Source: Patescibacteria group bacterium (lineage in GTDB: Bacteria > Patescibacteriota > Patescibacteriia > JBAZBY01). Taken from it: 64,000 nucleotides of DNA. Shown here in pieces: positions 1 to 10,275 of this stretch (position 1 is its first letter; each line of letters opens with the position of its first letter). The translations under genes were made by a program, and so were the position numbers. A model generated the notes under the pieces. That model worked only from the letters and a program-made list of their open reading frames with translations. It did no database searches and was not told where the DNA came from. Location of the stretch: the NCBI GenBank assembly GCA_041671225.1, contig JBAZBY010000001.1:763454-827453 (forward strand), read 5' to 3'.

Positions 1-2
1 CG

Positions 3-653
3 AGTATCACAAAAATCGCGACAGCATTGACTTTTTTGGAAGCGAATCCGGATTGGGATAAAGTCATGACTATTACGGATGACGATCATCCTCAGCCGAT
101 TCCTGGAGTTGAAATTGCAGTAGGTCCCGGCGATACTATTACCGTACGCGATTTGTTTGAAGCAATGCTTACGGGTTCCGCAAATAATGCTGCATATGCC
201 CTTGTGCGCTCTACAGGATTGTCTCGCGATGTATTCGTCACGAAAATGAATGATCTTGCAAAGCGTCTTGGAATGACCACGGCGCATTTTGTGGAGCCGA
301 GCGGGTTGAATACGGAGAATAAGGCAAGCGCACGCGATCTTGCAAAACTTTTTGAGTATGCAAGTCATCGTCTCGGTCTTTCGCAGGTAACGGTGCAAGG
401 AACCGACTCTTATACCAAACTCAATACCGGCGAAGTGCGCACGATCAAAAATCCGGTGTACCTCGCTTCCGGTCTGAATGATAAACCGCTTCGCATTGCC
501 AAAACAGGCTATCTTGATGAGTCACTGTATAATCTTGGCGTGAAGGTCCGCGGCAGCGACGGCAAAGAGCGCATAATTGTTGTTTTGGGTTCAGGATCAC
601 GCGCGTCGCGGAATAACGACGTCGCGCGACTTATTGATTGGTCACTCAATTAG
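3..653 (+). CDS. D-alanyl-D-alanine carboxypeptidase (peptidase S11), 5'-truncated at window edge
   Basis: SxxK (SITK from nt 3), SxN (SAN) and KTG motifs in order; HFVEPSGL motif typical of S11 family. Confidence 0.85.
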   Translation, partial: SITKIATALTFLEANPDWDKVMTITDDDHPQPIPGVEIAVGPGDTITVRDLFEAMLTGSANNAAYALVRSTGLSRDVFVTKMNDLAKRLGMTTAHFVEPSGLNTENKASARDLAKLFEYASHRLGLSQVTVQGTDSYTKLNTGEVRTIKNPVYLASGLNDKPLRIAKTGYLDESLYNLGVKVRGSDGKERIIVVLGSGSRASRNNDVARLIDWSLN

Positions 654-654
654 G

Positions 655-1344
655 ATGGCATATCTTAGTGTCAAAAATCTCACAAAGAAATTTCATCTCG
701 GTGGTGAAACGATCACCGCGCTTGACGATGTGAGTTTTGATGTGCAGCAAGGTGAGTTTTTGTCCGTGACCGGGCAGAGTGGTTCGGGCAAATCAACACT
801 TATGCATATTCTTGGTGCGCTGGAGATACCCACAACAGGCACGTACGCGCTTGATGGCGAAGATATCAGCGGTAAGTCGCTTTCTTCACTTGTGCACGTT
901 CGTCGGCACTCTATTGGTTTTGTGTTTCAAACATTCAATCTCCTTCCGCGCCTCTCCGCAGCAGAAAATGTTGCCCTGCCTTTGATCTACCAGGGTATTG
1001 GTCTTGTTGAACGCCGTCATCGCGCCCAGGAGGCCCTGAAGCGCGTCGATCTTGAGAATCGCATGAAGCACAAGCCAAATGAACTTTCTGGCGGCGAACG
1101 CCAACGCGTTGCCGTCGCGCGCGCACTTGTGACAAATCCAAAGATCGTCCTTGCTGATGAACCAACCGGCAACCTTGATTCCAAGACAAGTGCCGAGATC
1201 ATGAAATTACTCCTGCAGCTCAAAGATCAAGGAACAACCATCATACTTGTTACACATGAGTCAGACCTTGCCAGACTCGCAGATCGCGTCTTAGAACTAC
1301 ACGATGGTAAAGTTGCATCAATAACATCTGGAGGTGCCAAATGA
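655..1344 (+). CDS. ABC transporter ATP-binding protein (LolD/MacB-like)
   Basis: Walker A GQSGSGKS, LSGGERQR signature, [10 protein letters not shown]; start reassigned to ATG 655 just after upstream stop. Confidence 0.92.
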   Translation: MAYLSVKNLTKKFHLGGETITALDDVSFDVQQGEFLSVTGQSGSGKSTLMHILGALEIPTTGTYALDGEDISGKSLSSLVHVRRHSIGFVFQTFNLLPRLSAAENVALPLIYQGIGLVERRHRAQEALKRVDLENRMKHKPNELSGGERQRVAVARALVTNPKIVLADEPTGNLDSKTSAEIMKLLLQLKDQGTTIILVTHESDLARLADRVLELHDGKVASITSGGAK

Positions 1345-2573
1345 TCGCTCGTATTCTTGAATATTTCCGCATGGCCTTTCGTGCGATTTTGGGCAATATT
1401 GGCCGCTCGCTTCTTACCGTTCTTGGTGTCGTTATTGGTGTGGTTGCCATTCTGACGCTCATCGGTTTGGGCGCAGGAGTGAAGCGCGAAGTGACAAATG
1501 AAGTTGATGCGCTCGGCCCTTCAGTCTTTGCGGTGATTTCGGGTGATCTTGGTGAAGGTTCAGATATTAATCCGACTGCTGCCGCAGGAGCAAGTACGTT
1601 GACGAACAGTGACGTTCTTGCAGTACAGAACATAGCGGGTGTGGAAGTTGCAGCACCACTTGCGCTCATTGCCTCACCAGCTCGTTATGAAGAAAATGCG
1701 GGTCTTGGTGCCCTTGTTGTTGGCATTACCCCTGATGTTACGAATATTATTGAACTTACTATTGAACAGGGACGCTTCATCAATGAAGATGATATGACGA
1801 ATGAGCGGAATGTGCTTTATGTGGGTGATTCCCCACGTCAGCAGTTATTCCCAGGGATGAGTGCAGAAGATATTTTGGGCGAAGAGGTTATGATCGGCAC
1901 AGAAGCATACGAAGTGATTGGTGTGGCACCGGCGCAAACAGAGACATCGGTGTTTGGCGGTAGCACCAATCCCTTTTCTGGCTTTCTTGCCATTCCCTAT
2001 GCAACCGCCGAGGCAAACTTTGAGAATACACAGATCTTCCGTATTCTTGGCAAGGCAACAGATCCAGAGCAGGTTGATGCCGTGACAGGGCGCATCGAAG
2101 AGGCACTGTTGGCATCACATGGCACGAAGGACTTTAGTGTCTTTACACAGGCCGATCTCCTTGGCATTATCGACAACATCCTTTCTCTCATAACCAATGC
2201 TATTGTGGGTATTGGTGCGATCTCCCTTGTTGTTGGCGGCATCGGTATTATGAATATCATGCTTGTTTCTGTAACAGAACGCACAAAGGAGATTGGATTG
2301 CGCAAATCAATCGGTGCATCAAACAGCGATATTCTTATTCAGTTTTTACTCGAAGCATTACTCCTTTCCCTCCTTGGTGGGCTATTGGGACTTGCGATAA
2401 GTGGCCTTGCATCATTGATTGCAGACAAGGCTGCAAATATACCGATTCTTATTGATGGAAGCTCTGTTTTCCTTGCGGTTGGGTTCTCCGTCTTTGTCGG
2501 TATCGTCTTCGGCGTCGCCCCTGCGATCCGGGCGAGTAGACTGAACCCGATTGATGCGCTACGATACGAGTAA
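1341..2573 (+). CDS. MacB/FtsX-family ABC transporter permease
   Basis: RSLLTVLGVVIGV N-terminal TM, GIMNIMLVSVTERTKEIGLRK motif, C-terminal LNPIDALRYE. Confidence 0.92.
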   Translation: MIARILEYFRMAFRAILGNIGRSLLTVLGVVIGVVAILTLIGLGAGVKREVTNEVDALGPSVFAVISGDLGEGSDINPTAAAGASTLTNSDVLAVQNIAGVEVAAPLALIASPARYEENAGLGALVVGITPDVTNIIELTIEQGRFINEDDMTNERNVLYVGDSPRQQLFPGMSAEDILGEEVMIGTEAYEVIGVAPAQTETSVFGGSTNPFSGFLAIPYATAEANFENTQIFRILGKATDPEQVDAVTGRIEEALLASHGTKDFSVFTQADLLGIIDNILSLITNAIVGIGAISLVVGGIGIMNIMLVSVTERTKEIGLRKSIGASNSDILIQFLLEALLLSLLGGLLGLAISGLASLIADKAANIPILIDGSSVFLAVGFSVFVGIVFGVAPAIRASRLNPIDALRYE

Positions 2574-2591
2574 GCATCATTAGGGGGACGC

Positions 2592-3272
2592 ATGATTGTT
2601 TTCAAAAATGTAACCAAAATTTATCCCGGAAAGACCGTTGGTCTTCAAAACGCCGATCTTGTAGTAGAACCCGGCGAGTTTATTTCTATTGTCGGTCAAT
2701 CCGGAGCAGGGAAGTCAACGCTCGTAAAGCTTATTACCGCAGAGGAACGTCTCACATCAGGACAGATTATTGTTGGCGGCTGGGATATTACGAATATTTC
2801 TCACAGTGACATTCCAACACTGCGCCGGCAGATTGGAATGATTTTTCAGGACTTCAAGTTGCTTCCTAAAAAGAAAGTTGAAGAGAATGTTGCCTTTGCA
2901 TTAGAAGTGGCAGCTGTGCCAGATCGTAAGATACGGGAGATCGTACCCCAGGTGCTGAAAATCGTTGGCCTAGAAGAAAAAATGGGTCGATATCCAAACC
3001 AGCTCTCCGGCGGAGAACAGCAGCGCGTTGCCATTGCGCGGGCGCTTGTGCACCGGCCAAAGATTTTGCTGGCAGATGAACCAACTGGCAACCTTGATTC
3101 GATCAACGCGCAGGATATCATTACCCTTCTTAAGAAGATCAATGAGTTTGGAACAACCGTCGTGCTTGTAACGCATAATCGCGAAGTGGTGAATCAGTTG
3201 CGCCGCCGTGTTATTACCATTGATAACGGGAATATTATCGCCGACCAAAAGGGCGGTAAATATATACTCTAG
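2592..3272 (+). CDS. ftsE: Cell division ATP-binding protein FtsE
   Basis: [31 protein letters not shown]; directly upstream of an FtsX-like gene. Confidence 0.9.
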   Translation: MIVFKNVTKIYPGKTVGLQNADLVVEPGEFISIVGQSGAGKSTLVKLITAEERLTSGQIIVGGWDITNISHSDIPTLRRQIGMIFQDFKLLPKKKVEENVAFALEVAAVPDRKIREIVPQVLKIVGLEEKMGRYPNQLSGGEQQRVAIARALVHRPKILLADEPTGNLDSINAQDIITLLKKINEFGTTVVLVTHNREVVNQLRRRVITIDNGNIIADQKGGKYIL

Positions 3273-3274
3273 CT

Positions 3275-4195
3275 ATGTGGCATACCACTAAACGCGCATT
3301 TCTCTTTGCTGGTCAGAATTTCATACGAAATTTCTGGCTCTCTTTGGTAACGCTGCTGATTATGGTGCTCACATTGTTCATGATAACAACACTTGCGGGC
3401 GTGCAGCTTGTTTCGACTGAGGCGATTCGCTCTGTTGAAAATCAAGTGGATGTGACGGTGTACTTTGAGCCAGAGACTCCGGAATCTGTGGTATTTGATG
3501 TGCAGGAAGGTTTGCTTGCTGATAGTCGCGTGGAAGGCGTTCGTTTTGTTTCCCGTACAGAGGCTCTAGCGGAATTCAGGGAAAAAAATCAGGATAATCC
3601 ACTACTTCTTGACGCTATTGAGGCATTAGAGACAAACCCACTTGGTCCAACACTTGTTGTGAAGGCAGTGCAGCTTGCTGACTATGCAGAGATTCTTAAA
3701 GCGCTTGAAACCGAGGATGTCTCTCGTTTTATTCAGGATGAAGGAAGAGACTTTGAAGAAACAGCACTTGTCGTTGAGCGGCTTTCTGGCATCACTGACC
3801 GACTACGTCAGATCGGCCTCATTGTGTCCTCGGTGTTTGTGTTGATCGCGATGATGATGACGGTGAACACTATTCGTATTGCGATTTACACGCACCGCGA
3901 GGAAATAGCCATCATGAAGCTTGTGGGCGCAACAAATGGTTTTATACGCGCACCATTTATCATTGAGTCTCTGTATTATGCGGTGCTCGGAGCGATCATT
4001 ACGACGCTGCTTTTCCTGCCGATGATCGGCCTTGTTGACGCGTGGCTTGGTGGTTTTTTTGCCGGTTATGAACTCGGCGTGGTTGAACTCTTACAAAACA
4101 ACCTGCTCTGGTTTTTCCTGGGGCAGCTGGCCTTTGCGGTTTTTCTTTCTGCGCTTTCAGCGGCAATTGCTGTTGGCAGGTACTTGCGAGTTTAA
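3275..4195 (+). CDS. ftsX: Cell division permease FtsX
   Basis: 4-TM topology, NTIRIAIYTHREEIAIMKLVGAT..FIRAPF motif. Confidence 0.9.
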   Translation: MWHTTKRAFLFAGQNFIRNFWLSLVTLLIMVLTLFMITTLAGVQLVSTEAIRSVENQVDVTVYFEPETPESVVFDVQEGLLADSRVEGVRFVSRTEALAEFREKNQDNPLLLDAIEALETNPLGPTLVVKAVQLADYAEILKALETEDVSRFIQDEGRDFEETALVVERLSGITDRLRQIGLIVSSVFVLIAMMMTVNTIRIAIYTHREEIAIMKLVGATNGFIRAPFIIESLYYAVLGAIITTLLFLPMIGLVDAWLGGFFAGYELGVVELLQNNLLWFFLGQLAFAVFLSALSAAIAVGRYLRV

Positions 4196-4554
4196 AAGTA
4201 GCTTTTGTCTTCTGGTGCCTGCGCTTTCGTTATAACCTCCTGCACGTCTGGCGGATAGATTTTTGTGATGCAAAATATTCCCGATGTTGTTTTCTTTTCA
4301 GCGTGAATGGTTTGTTCCAGTATATGCGCTTCTCCCCAGAAGAGCCATTTGCCGTCGATGTTCTGAACAAGATGCACGCGTACTGGCGCGGGCTGGTACA
4401 GCCGCATATCCTTTTTCTCAAATGGGAATGTCATGCCAGAAAAATCCTCAGTGGTGAAAGGCGTCTGCAGATGCTTCTCCAATATAAGCGCAGCAGGAAA
4501 TCCTTGTTCCTGCGTTATCTGCAATGTGTCGTTTATTTCGATAAAGCTACCCAT
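4192..4554 (-). CDS. Hypothetical protein (120 aa)
   Basis: Clean ORF convergent with ftsX, protein-like composition; no recognised motif. Confidence 0.65.
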   Translation of the reverse strand: MGSFIEINDTLQITQEQGFPAALILEKHLQTPFTTEDFSGMTFPFEKKDMRLYQPAPVRVHLVQNIDGKWLFWGEAHILEQTIHAEKKTTSGIFCITKIYPPDVQEVITKAQAPEDKSYF

Positions 4555-4695
4555 TAACGACTTATCAACATAAATCCAAGCAGCATGAGACTCGCAAGAA
4601 CGCAGAGACTGATAAGGTGACTATCTTTTGCTAGTGGATTTTCCATGAGAATAGTATAGCGTTTTTTTGTGTCCCCGCAAATGAGAGGGTTTGGT

Positions 4696-4940
4696 GTCAC
4701 GCTTGCGGCACGTGGCTTTGCTCGCCATGAACCTGAACGAACGGAGTGAGTGAATGGTTTATGGCTCGGGGACAACTTGTCCGCCTCTGGCGGAGGGATT
4801 TATCGCCTCGCCCCGCGCCTAGCGGTGCTCGTTGTCCGGGGCAGCAGTGAACGCTGCGCCAGCTCGCGTTCCCTGATCGCTCGCCGTCGCCACGCCTTCG
4901 GCAAGTGGCTTGGCTCGCTTCTGCCCGGTTCGAATCCTCC
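4696..4940. repeat. Structured tRNA-Gln-3'-derived mini-element or insertion remnant
   Basis: tggctcggggac..agggatt (4762-4800) copies the tRNA 3' end, interrupted by hairpin tccgcctctggcgga; inverted T-loop copy ggttcgaatcc 4927-4937; 30-nt imperfect direct repeat 4696-4725/4889-4918. Confidence 0.6.
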
Positions 4941-4946
4941 ATAAAC

Positions 4947-4989
4947 AAAAAAGGTTCTGCCGCCCGCAGACGGGCGCCAAAACCTTTTT
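4947..4989 (-). terminator. Intrinsic terminator, probably the one originally following tRNA-Gln
   Basis: Hairpin aaaaggtt..gcgcccg tctg cgggcg..aaccttttt with T-tract, immediately after the displaced GAGCCA core. Confidence 0.65.
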
Positions 4990-5177
4990 GGCTCTCTTTA
5001 CTGTGCGCCGCGCGAACCTATTTTGAGACGCAGGAAGGAAAAAACGGGGAAAAATGAAAAAATCTTCTCTTGGAGGGGCGGGGCGGAATTCCCCCCAAAC
5101 CCCCCTTCCGCCCCGCCCCTTTTCTTGGGCGCGAAAATCTGAGAGTACGAAGATCTTTGTTTTACTACCGTCGCTTC
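4989..5177. repeat. Inverted repeat arm X, left copy (189 bp)
   Basis: Exact reverse complement of 10276-10464 by direct comparison. Confidence 0.97.
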
Positions 5178-5302
5178 ACCCTTCGTGCTTGCTCAGTGCT
5201 TGCTTCGTGTTCGTTCGGTGGTGTCCATGGTAACTCTTTGTGCTTACCCCACCCGCCCTGTGAGCGCGTAAACCCGTCCGCTAACGCGGACGACTCCTTT
5301 AA

Positions 5303-7666
5303 TTAGTATTTTTGATAAATGGTGTTAAAGTCTGTAATTTTTCCTTTAAGCTGTGAAAGGCCGTGGTCGTCGCCCACATCAACATGAGAAGTAGTCCAAT
5401 TACAAAAAGAATATATATTCTTGATCTTATCCAAATCGTCGTCAGAAACTTGCTTATTTGTTTTTATGCCATCTACAACTTTTGGAAAGTCCTGCAATAC
5501 ATCAAGGTGTAGGAGACGGCATTTAATAAAGTTTTCAGTCTCGTATCTTAAATATTGGCCATACTCAACTATTTGAAGTTCAACATCAAAACCATTCTGG
5601 TTTTGTCCAAGTTGCAATAAATGTTCCTCAAAGTTGGTAAGTTTTTCAATGAACCTTTGCGTCATGCTTTTACAAATAAAGCTCCCGCCAAATCTCTTTT
5701 CGTTTCTTAGAATGTTGTATTCAAGTGATTGATCGCGGAATTTTTTGCGCAGAAACTTAAAAAATGTTCTGTGGTGAGTAAAAACAAATGTTTGTGAGAA
5801 TTTGTCTTTTTCAGTAGCAATCAAATCTACCAAGCTACTCAAGTTGCTATCGTCTAAACTTGTAATAGGATCGTCAAAGATAAGAATTTTCTTATCCTCA
5901 TCTTTCTGAATATCAAGGAAGGCAAAAAAGAAGCAGAGTGATAGAACCTGTATCTCGCCTTCCGACAGTCCTTCTTTAAGATCTCTTTCGGTCCCGTCAG
6001 AATCAATGACCCTAAACGCTAAAGGCAACTCTTTTGTAGAACCTGTGTGGCGATTGTCTGTATCAAGTTCTAAAGTAAAACTAAATTTGAAATTGCTAAA
6101 ATAGGATTCAATTTTTCGGAGTGTTTTTTTAAAAGCACCCTTAGCGCAATACTCCTCGTAGGATTCTCTTGCTATTTTGTGGGCTTCTCGTGCCTTCTCA
6201 AGCGACCTTATTAACTTGTTTAATTCTTTTAGTTGTTGGAGTTTGAACTTATTACTTTCAATCTTATTACTATTGATAAACCCCAACTCCCGCTCAATAT
6301 CATTCAAATTTCTTTGATTCTTTTCGATTCTACCAGCTAATTTTTCATCAGTATGCTCCTTTTTGAAATTTCTAATAAGCTTATTCTTGGCTTTTACAAA
6401 GCGCGCAAGTTCTAAAAAATATTTTTTTAGATTACTAAACTCATCTCGCGCCTCGCCAAACAGAATGGATATATCCTCTTTGGTAGGTTTCCCAAGATTA
6501 ACAAGTTTTGTTTTTAACTCGCCGATCTTTTTTAGGGTCGGTAATTTTCTAAAATATTCCTCCTTTTCTATGTCGTAAAGTCCTTTTATGGTATATTGTT
6601 CAACGAGCTTCTTCATTTTGATAAAATAATCGTCCAACTCAAACTCGTTGAGTGCCTCTTGTACTTGTTCCAGCTCTGCTATTAAGGTTTCCTTGTATTT
6701 TTCAAACTGACCCTCCTGCTCCTTATAAGATTCATCATAAATTTGATTGTAAGTTTTGACTATCTGTTTTATTTCTTCCTCTCTATTTTGCGTCCCGCAA
6801 AACGGGCATTGATTTGGGTGTTCATCTCTTACATCAAACCCCATTTCAAAAAATTCTTTATGTTTTTTAATCTGCTCAACCAAACTACGCTCGGCCTCCA
6901 CTTTTGCACGCTCTTTTAGTTTGAAATTAAAAACTTTCTGATAGGAAGTTTTTGAGGAGAGGTTAAACTCGATATCAACTTCCTCTAATTCTTGTATGAC
7001 TTGAACTTCCCTCGTCTTTTGCAAGAGCTGACTATCAAGTTCTAGTTCGTTGGACAAATCCACCCTCTTTTGACCGAGTTCTTCCCTTATGTTCTTAGTA
7101 GTATTTTCGTCCTTTCGTTTATACTTTCTAAAAAGTCTTTCCCCATCTTCATCTAATTCAAAACCAAGAACCCGTTTATTGCTTGTCTTAAAGTCATCAA
7201 GTTTCTGATTTTTCTCCTCCTTTATTCCAGCCAATCTATCCCTAACCTTGCGAAGTTCAATGGCATCGCCGTCAAACTCTATGACGAGGTTTCCGGATTC
7301 TTGCTCCTGTTCACCTTGCTGTGTACCTCGTTCACGGCCAAGATGAACATGCCTATCCACAAATTCCCGGTCAAAAAATAATATAGAATCTTTCGGAATA
7401 TAATCATCCCACTTATCCTCAGTGCGAGTATATTTATACCTCTTACTATCAATCAATACTTGCGCTTCTTCAGGGTAGCATTTAGTAAATTTTTTATTTT
7501 GAGATACGCTTTTAAGAATGTTACAAATTGAACTTTTTCCGCTTCCGTTCTCGCCATATAAAATGTTGGTCTTTTGGTGGAAATTCTCGGTATTAAAAAA
7601 ATTATGCCAAGAAAAATCTTGGAATGATTTATAACTTTTTATCTTCTTGATTTGCTTGAGTTTCAT
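5303..7666 (-). CDS. RloC-like / AAA_13 ABC-ATPase with zinc hook and putative C-terminal HEPN-like nuclease
   Basis: Walker A GENGSGKS, coiled coils with CPFC hook, LSEGE signature, IFDDPITSLD Walker B, THH; C-terminal FCNWTTSH resembles the RloC N-x3-SH motif. Confidence 0.75.
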   Translation of the reverse strand: MKLKQIKKIKSYKSFQDFSWHNFFNTENFHQKTNILYGENGSGKSSICNILKSVSQNKKFTKCYPEEAQVLIDSKRYKYTRTEDKWDDYIPKDSILFFDREFVDRHVHLGRERGTQQGEQEQESGNLVIEFDGDAIELRKVRDRLAGIKEEKNQKLDDFKTSNKRVLGFELDEDGERLFRKYKRKDENTTKNIREELGQKRVDLSNELELDSQLLQKTREVQVIQELEEVDIEFNLSSKTSYQKVFNFKLKERAKVEAERSLVEQIKKHKEFFEMGFDVRDEHPNQCPFCGTQNREEEIKQIVKTYNQIYDESYKEQEGQFEKYKETLIAELEQVQEALNEFELDDYFIKMKKLVEQYTIKGLYDIEKEEYFRKLPTLKKIGELKTKLVNLGKPTKEDISILFGEARDEFSNLKKYFLELARFVKAKNKLIRNFKKEHTDEKLAGRIEKNQRNLNDIERELGFINSNKIESNKFKLQQLKELNKLIRSLEKAREAHKIARESYEEYCAKGAFKKTLRKIESYFSNFKFSFTLELDTDNRHTGSTKELPLAFRVIDSDGTERDLKEGLSEGEIQVLSLCFFFAFLDIQKDEDKKILIFDDPITSLDDSNLSSLVDLIATEKDKFSQTFVFTHHRTFFKFLRKKFRDQSLEYNILRNEKRFGGSFICKSMTQRFIEKLTNFEEHLLQLGQNQNGFDVELQIVEYGQYLRYETENFIKCRLLHLDVLQDFPKVVDGIKTNKQVSDDDLDKIKNIYSFCNWTTSHVDVGDDHGLSQLKGKITDFNTIYQKY

Positions 7667-7692
7667 CTTCCGGTCATGGCAAGGACGTCTTG

Positions 7693-8862
7693 TTACCGAT
7701 TTCCTTTTGCTCTATTGTGTGTTTTACACAGCATCTCACAATTCTTCGCCGAAGTAGCACCGCCCTTGCTCCACGCTGATACATGGTCTGCTTCCATTTC
7801 GCCAAAACCCCAAATCTTGCTTTTGTTAGCATCATGCCCAACGGCGCAAAGCGAGCAGTTTGACTTCTCTTTGGTTTCAGCCTCTTTGGTTTGTTTAGCA
7901 TAAACAGATCGTTTGGTCGCCTCATCAAAAAATCGGACATCTAGCAATTTTGTATCAACGGAGCCACCGAGAATGTATTCAAAAATGCCTCTGCGATTTT
8001 TGATATACGGATCACCATAGAGCTTATGCACCTCAGCCGATACTTTGGCTGGGTTATATGATTTTTTGTGATACTCCCCGTAAAGTCGTCCCCATTCAAG
8101 CCCGCGCATTTCGCTTTCTACGTCGGTAAATACGCCAGATACCCAATCAATGACGGTGTTAAAGTATTTTTTCAGCTCATCAATGTTTTTGTCTTTGCGA
8201 TGCTTGCTCATGTAATCGCCAATATTGCCTTTGCTAACCCAATCCAAAGCACATTCCAAAAATTCCTGTCGGTTCGCACTACCGGATACATATGCGCTCC
8301 ATTTTTGAATGTTGGCGTTTTGGCTATTGCTAAATTCTTCTTTAGCCCTAGTTACGAATGGACCGGAATACACGGCGTTGAGTAACTCCTGATTATTAAG
8401 TGGAACACCAGCAATATTTATGGTCTTGAACCATTCTTTTATCTGACTCTCTGTTCCTTCACATTCGTAAATGAGTAGTTTCGTTTCCAAAATCTTGGCT
8501 TGTTTGTCTTTTGCCATGCCACCAAAGTATTGTTCCATGCCATTTTCGTCCTTGATGGCAAATTTGTCCGTGATAAATCGTCCGAGACTTGTGATGCGCT
8601 GTTGTCCATCTAAAACTTCTAGGTTGTCGGCGGAGACGATATTAAAATAAATCAATCCGATTGGGTATCCCTTGAGAACTGATTCGATGACGGCCATTTC
8701 TCTTTTTCCGCCATCAGATGCATAAATATAATTTCGTTGATACTCCGGTTGGATGGTAAGCTTGCCAGACAAGCCAAACAGACCCTTACCCTCAAGTTCG
8801 TTATAGACAAATCCGTCACAGATCTCTTGAACAGTTACATTGGTTTTTAGGGTTGTTTTCAT
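7693..8862 (-). CDS. DUF262 (GmrS-like) plus HNH endonuclease
   Basis: QPEYQRNY and LDGQQR DUF262 motifs; C-terminal [24 protein letters not shown]. Confidence 0.85.
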   Translation of the reverse strand: MKTTLKTNVTVQEICDGFVYNELEGKGLFGLSGKLTIQPEYQRNYIYASDGGKREMAVIESVLKGYPIGLIYFNIVSADNLEVLDGQQRITSLGRFITDKFAIKDENGMEQYFGGMAKDKQAKILETKLLIYECEGTESQIKEWFKTINIAGVPLNNQELLNAVYSGPFVTRAKEEFSNSQNANIQKWSAYVSGSANRQEFLECALDWVSKGNIGDYMSKHRKDKNIDELKKYFNTVIDWVSGVFTDVESEMRGLEWGRLYGEYHKKSYNPAKVSAEVHKLYGDPYIKNRRGIFEYILGGSVDTKLLDVRFFDEATKRSVYAKQTKEAETKEKSNCSLCAVGHDANKSKIWGFGEMEADHVSAWSKGGATSAKNCEMLCKTHNRAKGNR

Positions 8863-8863
8863 A

Positions 8864-9991
8864 TTATTTCTTTTTAATAAATATCCGCTTGAATTTGGTT
8901 TTTCCGTTTATTATGCAATGAGGATTTTTGCCGTCCCAAATGCCGCCAGAAAAGCCCTTTCCGTTATCTTCTGCCATTCCGACAATTTCAAATTGTTCAG
9001 GATTATATTTGTCCAAATAACTAATTGGCACACCCATCACACCTTCATAATCACTTGGGATGGCGTCGGTAAACGGCACTTCTATTGCATTATAATTGTC
9101 ATATTTATAATATGTTTTTTCGCCTTTAATCTCTTTGTGTCTACTGTATTTCAAATTTTCTTCCATTGTCATAAGTGGTAATGGTTGATGACGTCTTCCG
9201 TGATCAAGATTAGTGAGCCATAAACAGCTATTAGTAGCAACAATTCTATCCCCATTTTCATCTATTCGCGCTTCTGTTCCAAATAATTCGTAAGATTTGG
9301 GTACAATAAACCCAGAAATCCATCTTCCCATTCCATTACCAAGCCATATTTCATTATTTCTAATTTTTGGGAAAACTTCTTTATATGTTATGCAATTAAT
9401 ATTGCCGATTATCAAAAACTTTTTTTTGTGTTCAAAAAGTTGCTTAACATACTCACGGAACAAACTAAACGGCGGATTGGTTACCACAATATCAGACTGT
9501 TTCAGTAATGCTATACATTCGGGACTTCTGAAGTCACCATCTTCCTCAAGGGGCATCCATTCGTTGTTTTTGTTTTCCTTTAACTGTTTGGCAACATCTT
9601 TCAGATTGAACTCGCCATCGCCGTCTATGTCGTGCACTTCGTTTATAATGAATGTATTGGCAGTTATCTTTGGACGGCCTTTTGCATTTACAAGCGTTTT
9701 GTCATCACCAAATAATCCCAGTTGCGTGTTGGCGACAGGCGATGGTTTGTAGCTCGTTGTGATTAGCTGTTTCAGTCCAAGTCTGTTGAAATTGAGAACA
9801 AAATAACGGAAGAAATTACTCTCAAATGGATCGTCGCAGTTGCAATACACAACTTTAGCTCGAAATGTATTAGGGTTGTAATCTAAATACTTCTCAATTT
9901 CTTTCTGAATATCGCCATATTGAGTATAAAACTCATCGTTCTTTGCTCGTTTCGCATTTGTAAGATTTTTGACTGATGCTTCTCTAGCCAT
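8864..9991 (-). CDS. Adenine-specific DNA methyltransferase, EcoRI family
   Basis: [24 protein letters not shown] motifs. Confidence 0.88.
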   Translation of the reverse strand: MAREASVKNLTNAKRAKNDEFYTQYGDIQKEIEKYLDYNPNTFRAKVVYCNCDDPFESNFFRYFVLNFNRLGLKQLITTSYKPSPVANTQLGLFGDDKTLVNAKGRPKITANTFIINEVHDIDGDGEFNLKDVAKQLKENKNNEWMPLEEDGDFRSPECIALLKQSDIVVTNPPFSLFREYVKQLFEHKKKFLIIGNINCITYKEVFPKIRNNEIWLGNGMGRWISGFIVPKSYELFGTEARIDENGDRIVATNSCLWLTNLDHGRRHQPLPLMTMEENLKYSRHKEIKGEKTYYKYDNYNAIEVPFTDAIPSDYEGVMGVPISYLDKYNPEQFEIVGMAEDNGKGFSGGIWDGKNPHCIINGKTKFKRIFIKKK

Positions 9992-9995
9992 AAAT

Positions 9996-10244
9996 TTACC
10001 TCAAAAGCTCGTCGCTCGTTACTCCCAACGCTTGAGCTATTTTCTCAATGGTGGCAAGCGTGGGGTTGCCTTTGCCCGATTCAATATTGCTCATTTGAGC
10101 ACGATCAAGCCCTACCGCACGGCAAACGTCGCCTTGCGACATTTCCTTTTGCTCGCGTATGCGCTTGATATTTTTACCAAGTCTGGACGTTGGGGTTCTT
10201 ATATTCACAGATGTAATATAGCCAGATATTGTGTCGTATGACAA
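9996..10244 (-). CDS. XRE-family HTH regulator (possible controller protein); start uncertain
   Basis: LGKNIKRIREQKEMSQ..MSNIESGKGNPTLATIEKIAQAL; leads the methyltransferase operon. Confidence 0.85.
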   Translation of the reverse strand: MSYDTISGYITSVNIRTPTSRLGKNIKRIREQKEMSQGDVCRAVGLDRAQMSNIESGKGNPTLATIEKIAQALGVTSDELLR

Positions 10245-10275
10245 TAATGTGTTATATTACAAGTATGCTGAAATC

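Noticed and set aside
4762-4774. 13-bp tRNA 3' duplication as the boundary of the recombinase island
   Set aside because: The internal junction copy, the in-frame alternative C-terminus and the displaced terminator all place the boundary at 4989-4994; the 4762 copy is assigned to a separate mini-element.
4860-4945. Possible second tRNA gene around GGTTCGAATCC at 4927
   Set aside because: No acceptor stem, D-arm or anticodon arm can be built; treated as a T-loop copy.
5070-5306. ORFs at 5070-5306, 10205-10399 and 10231-10455
   Set aside because: They are translations of the non-coding inverted-repeat arm X (G/C-run-derived, low complexity), not credible genes.
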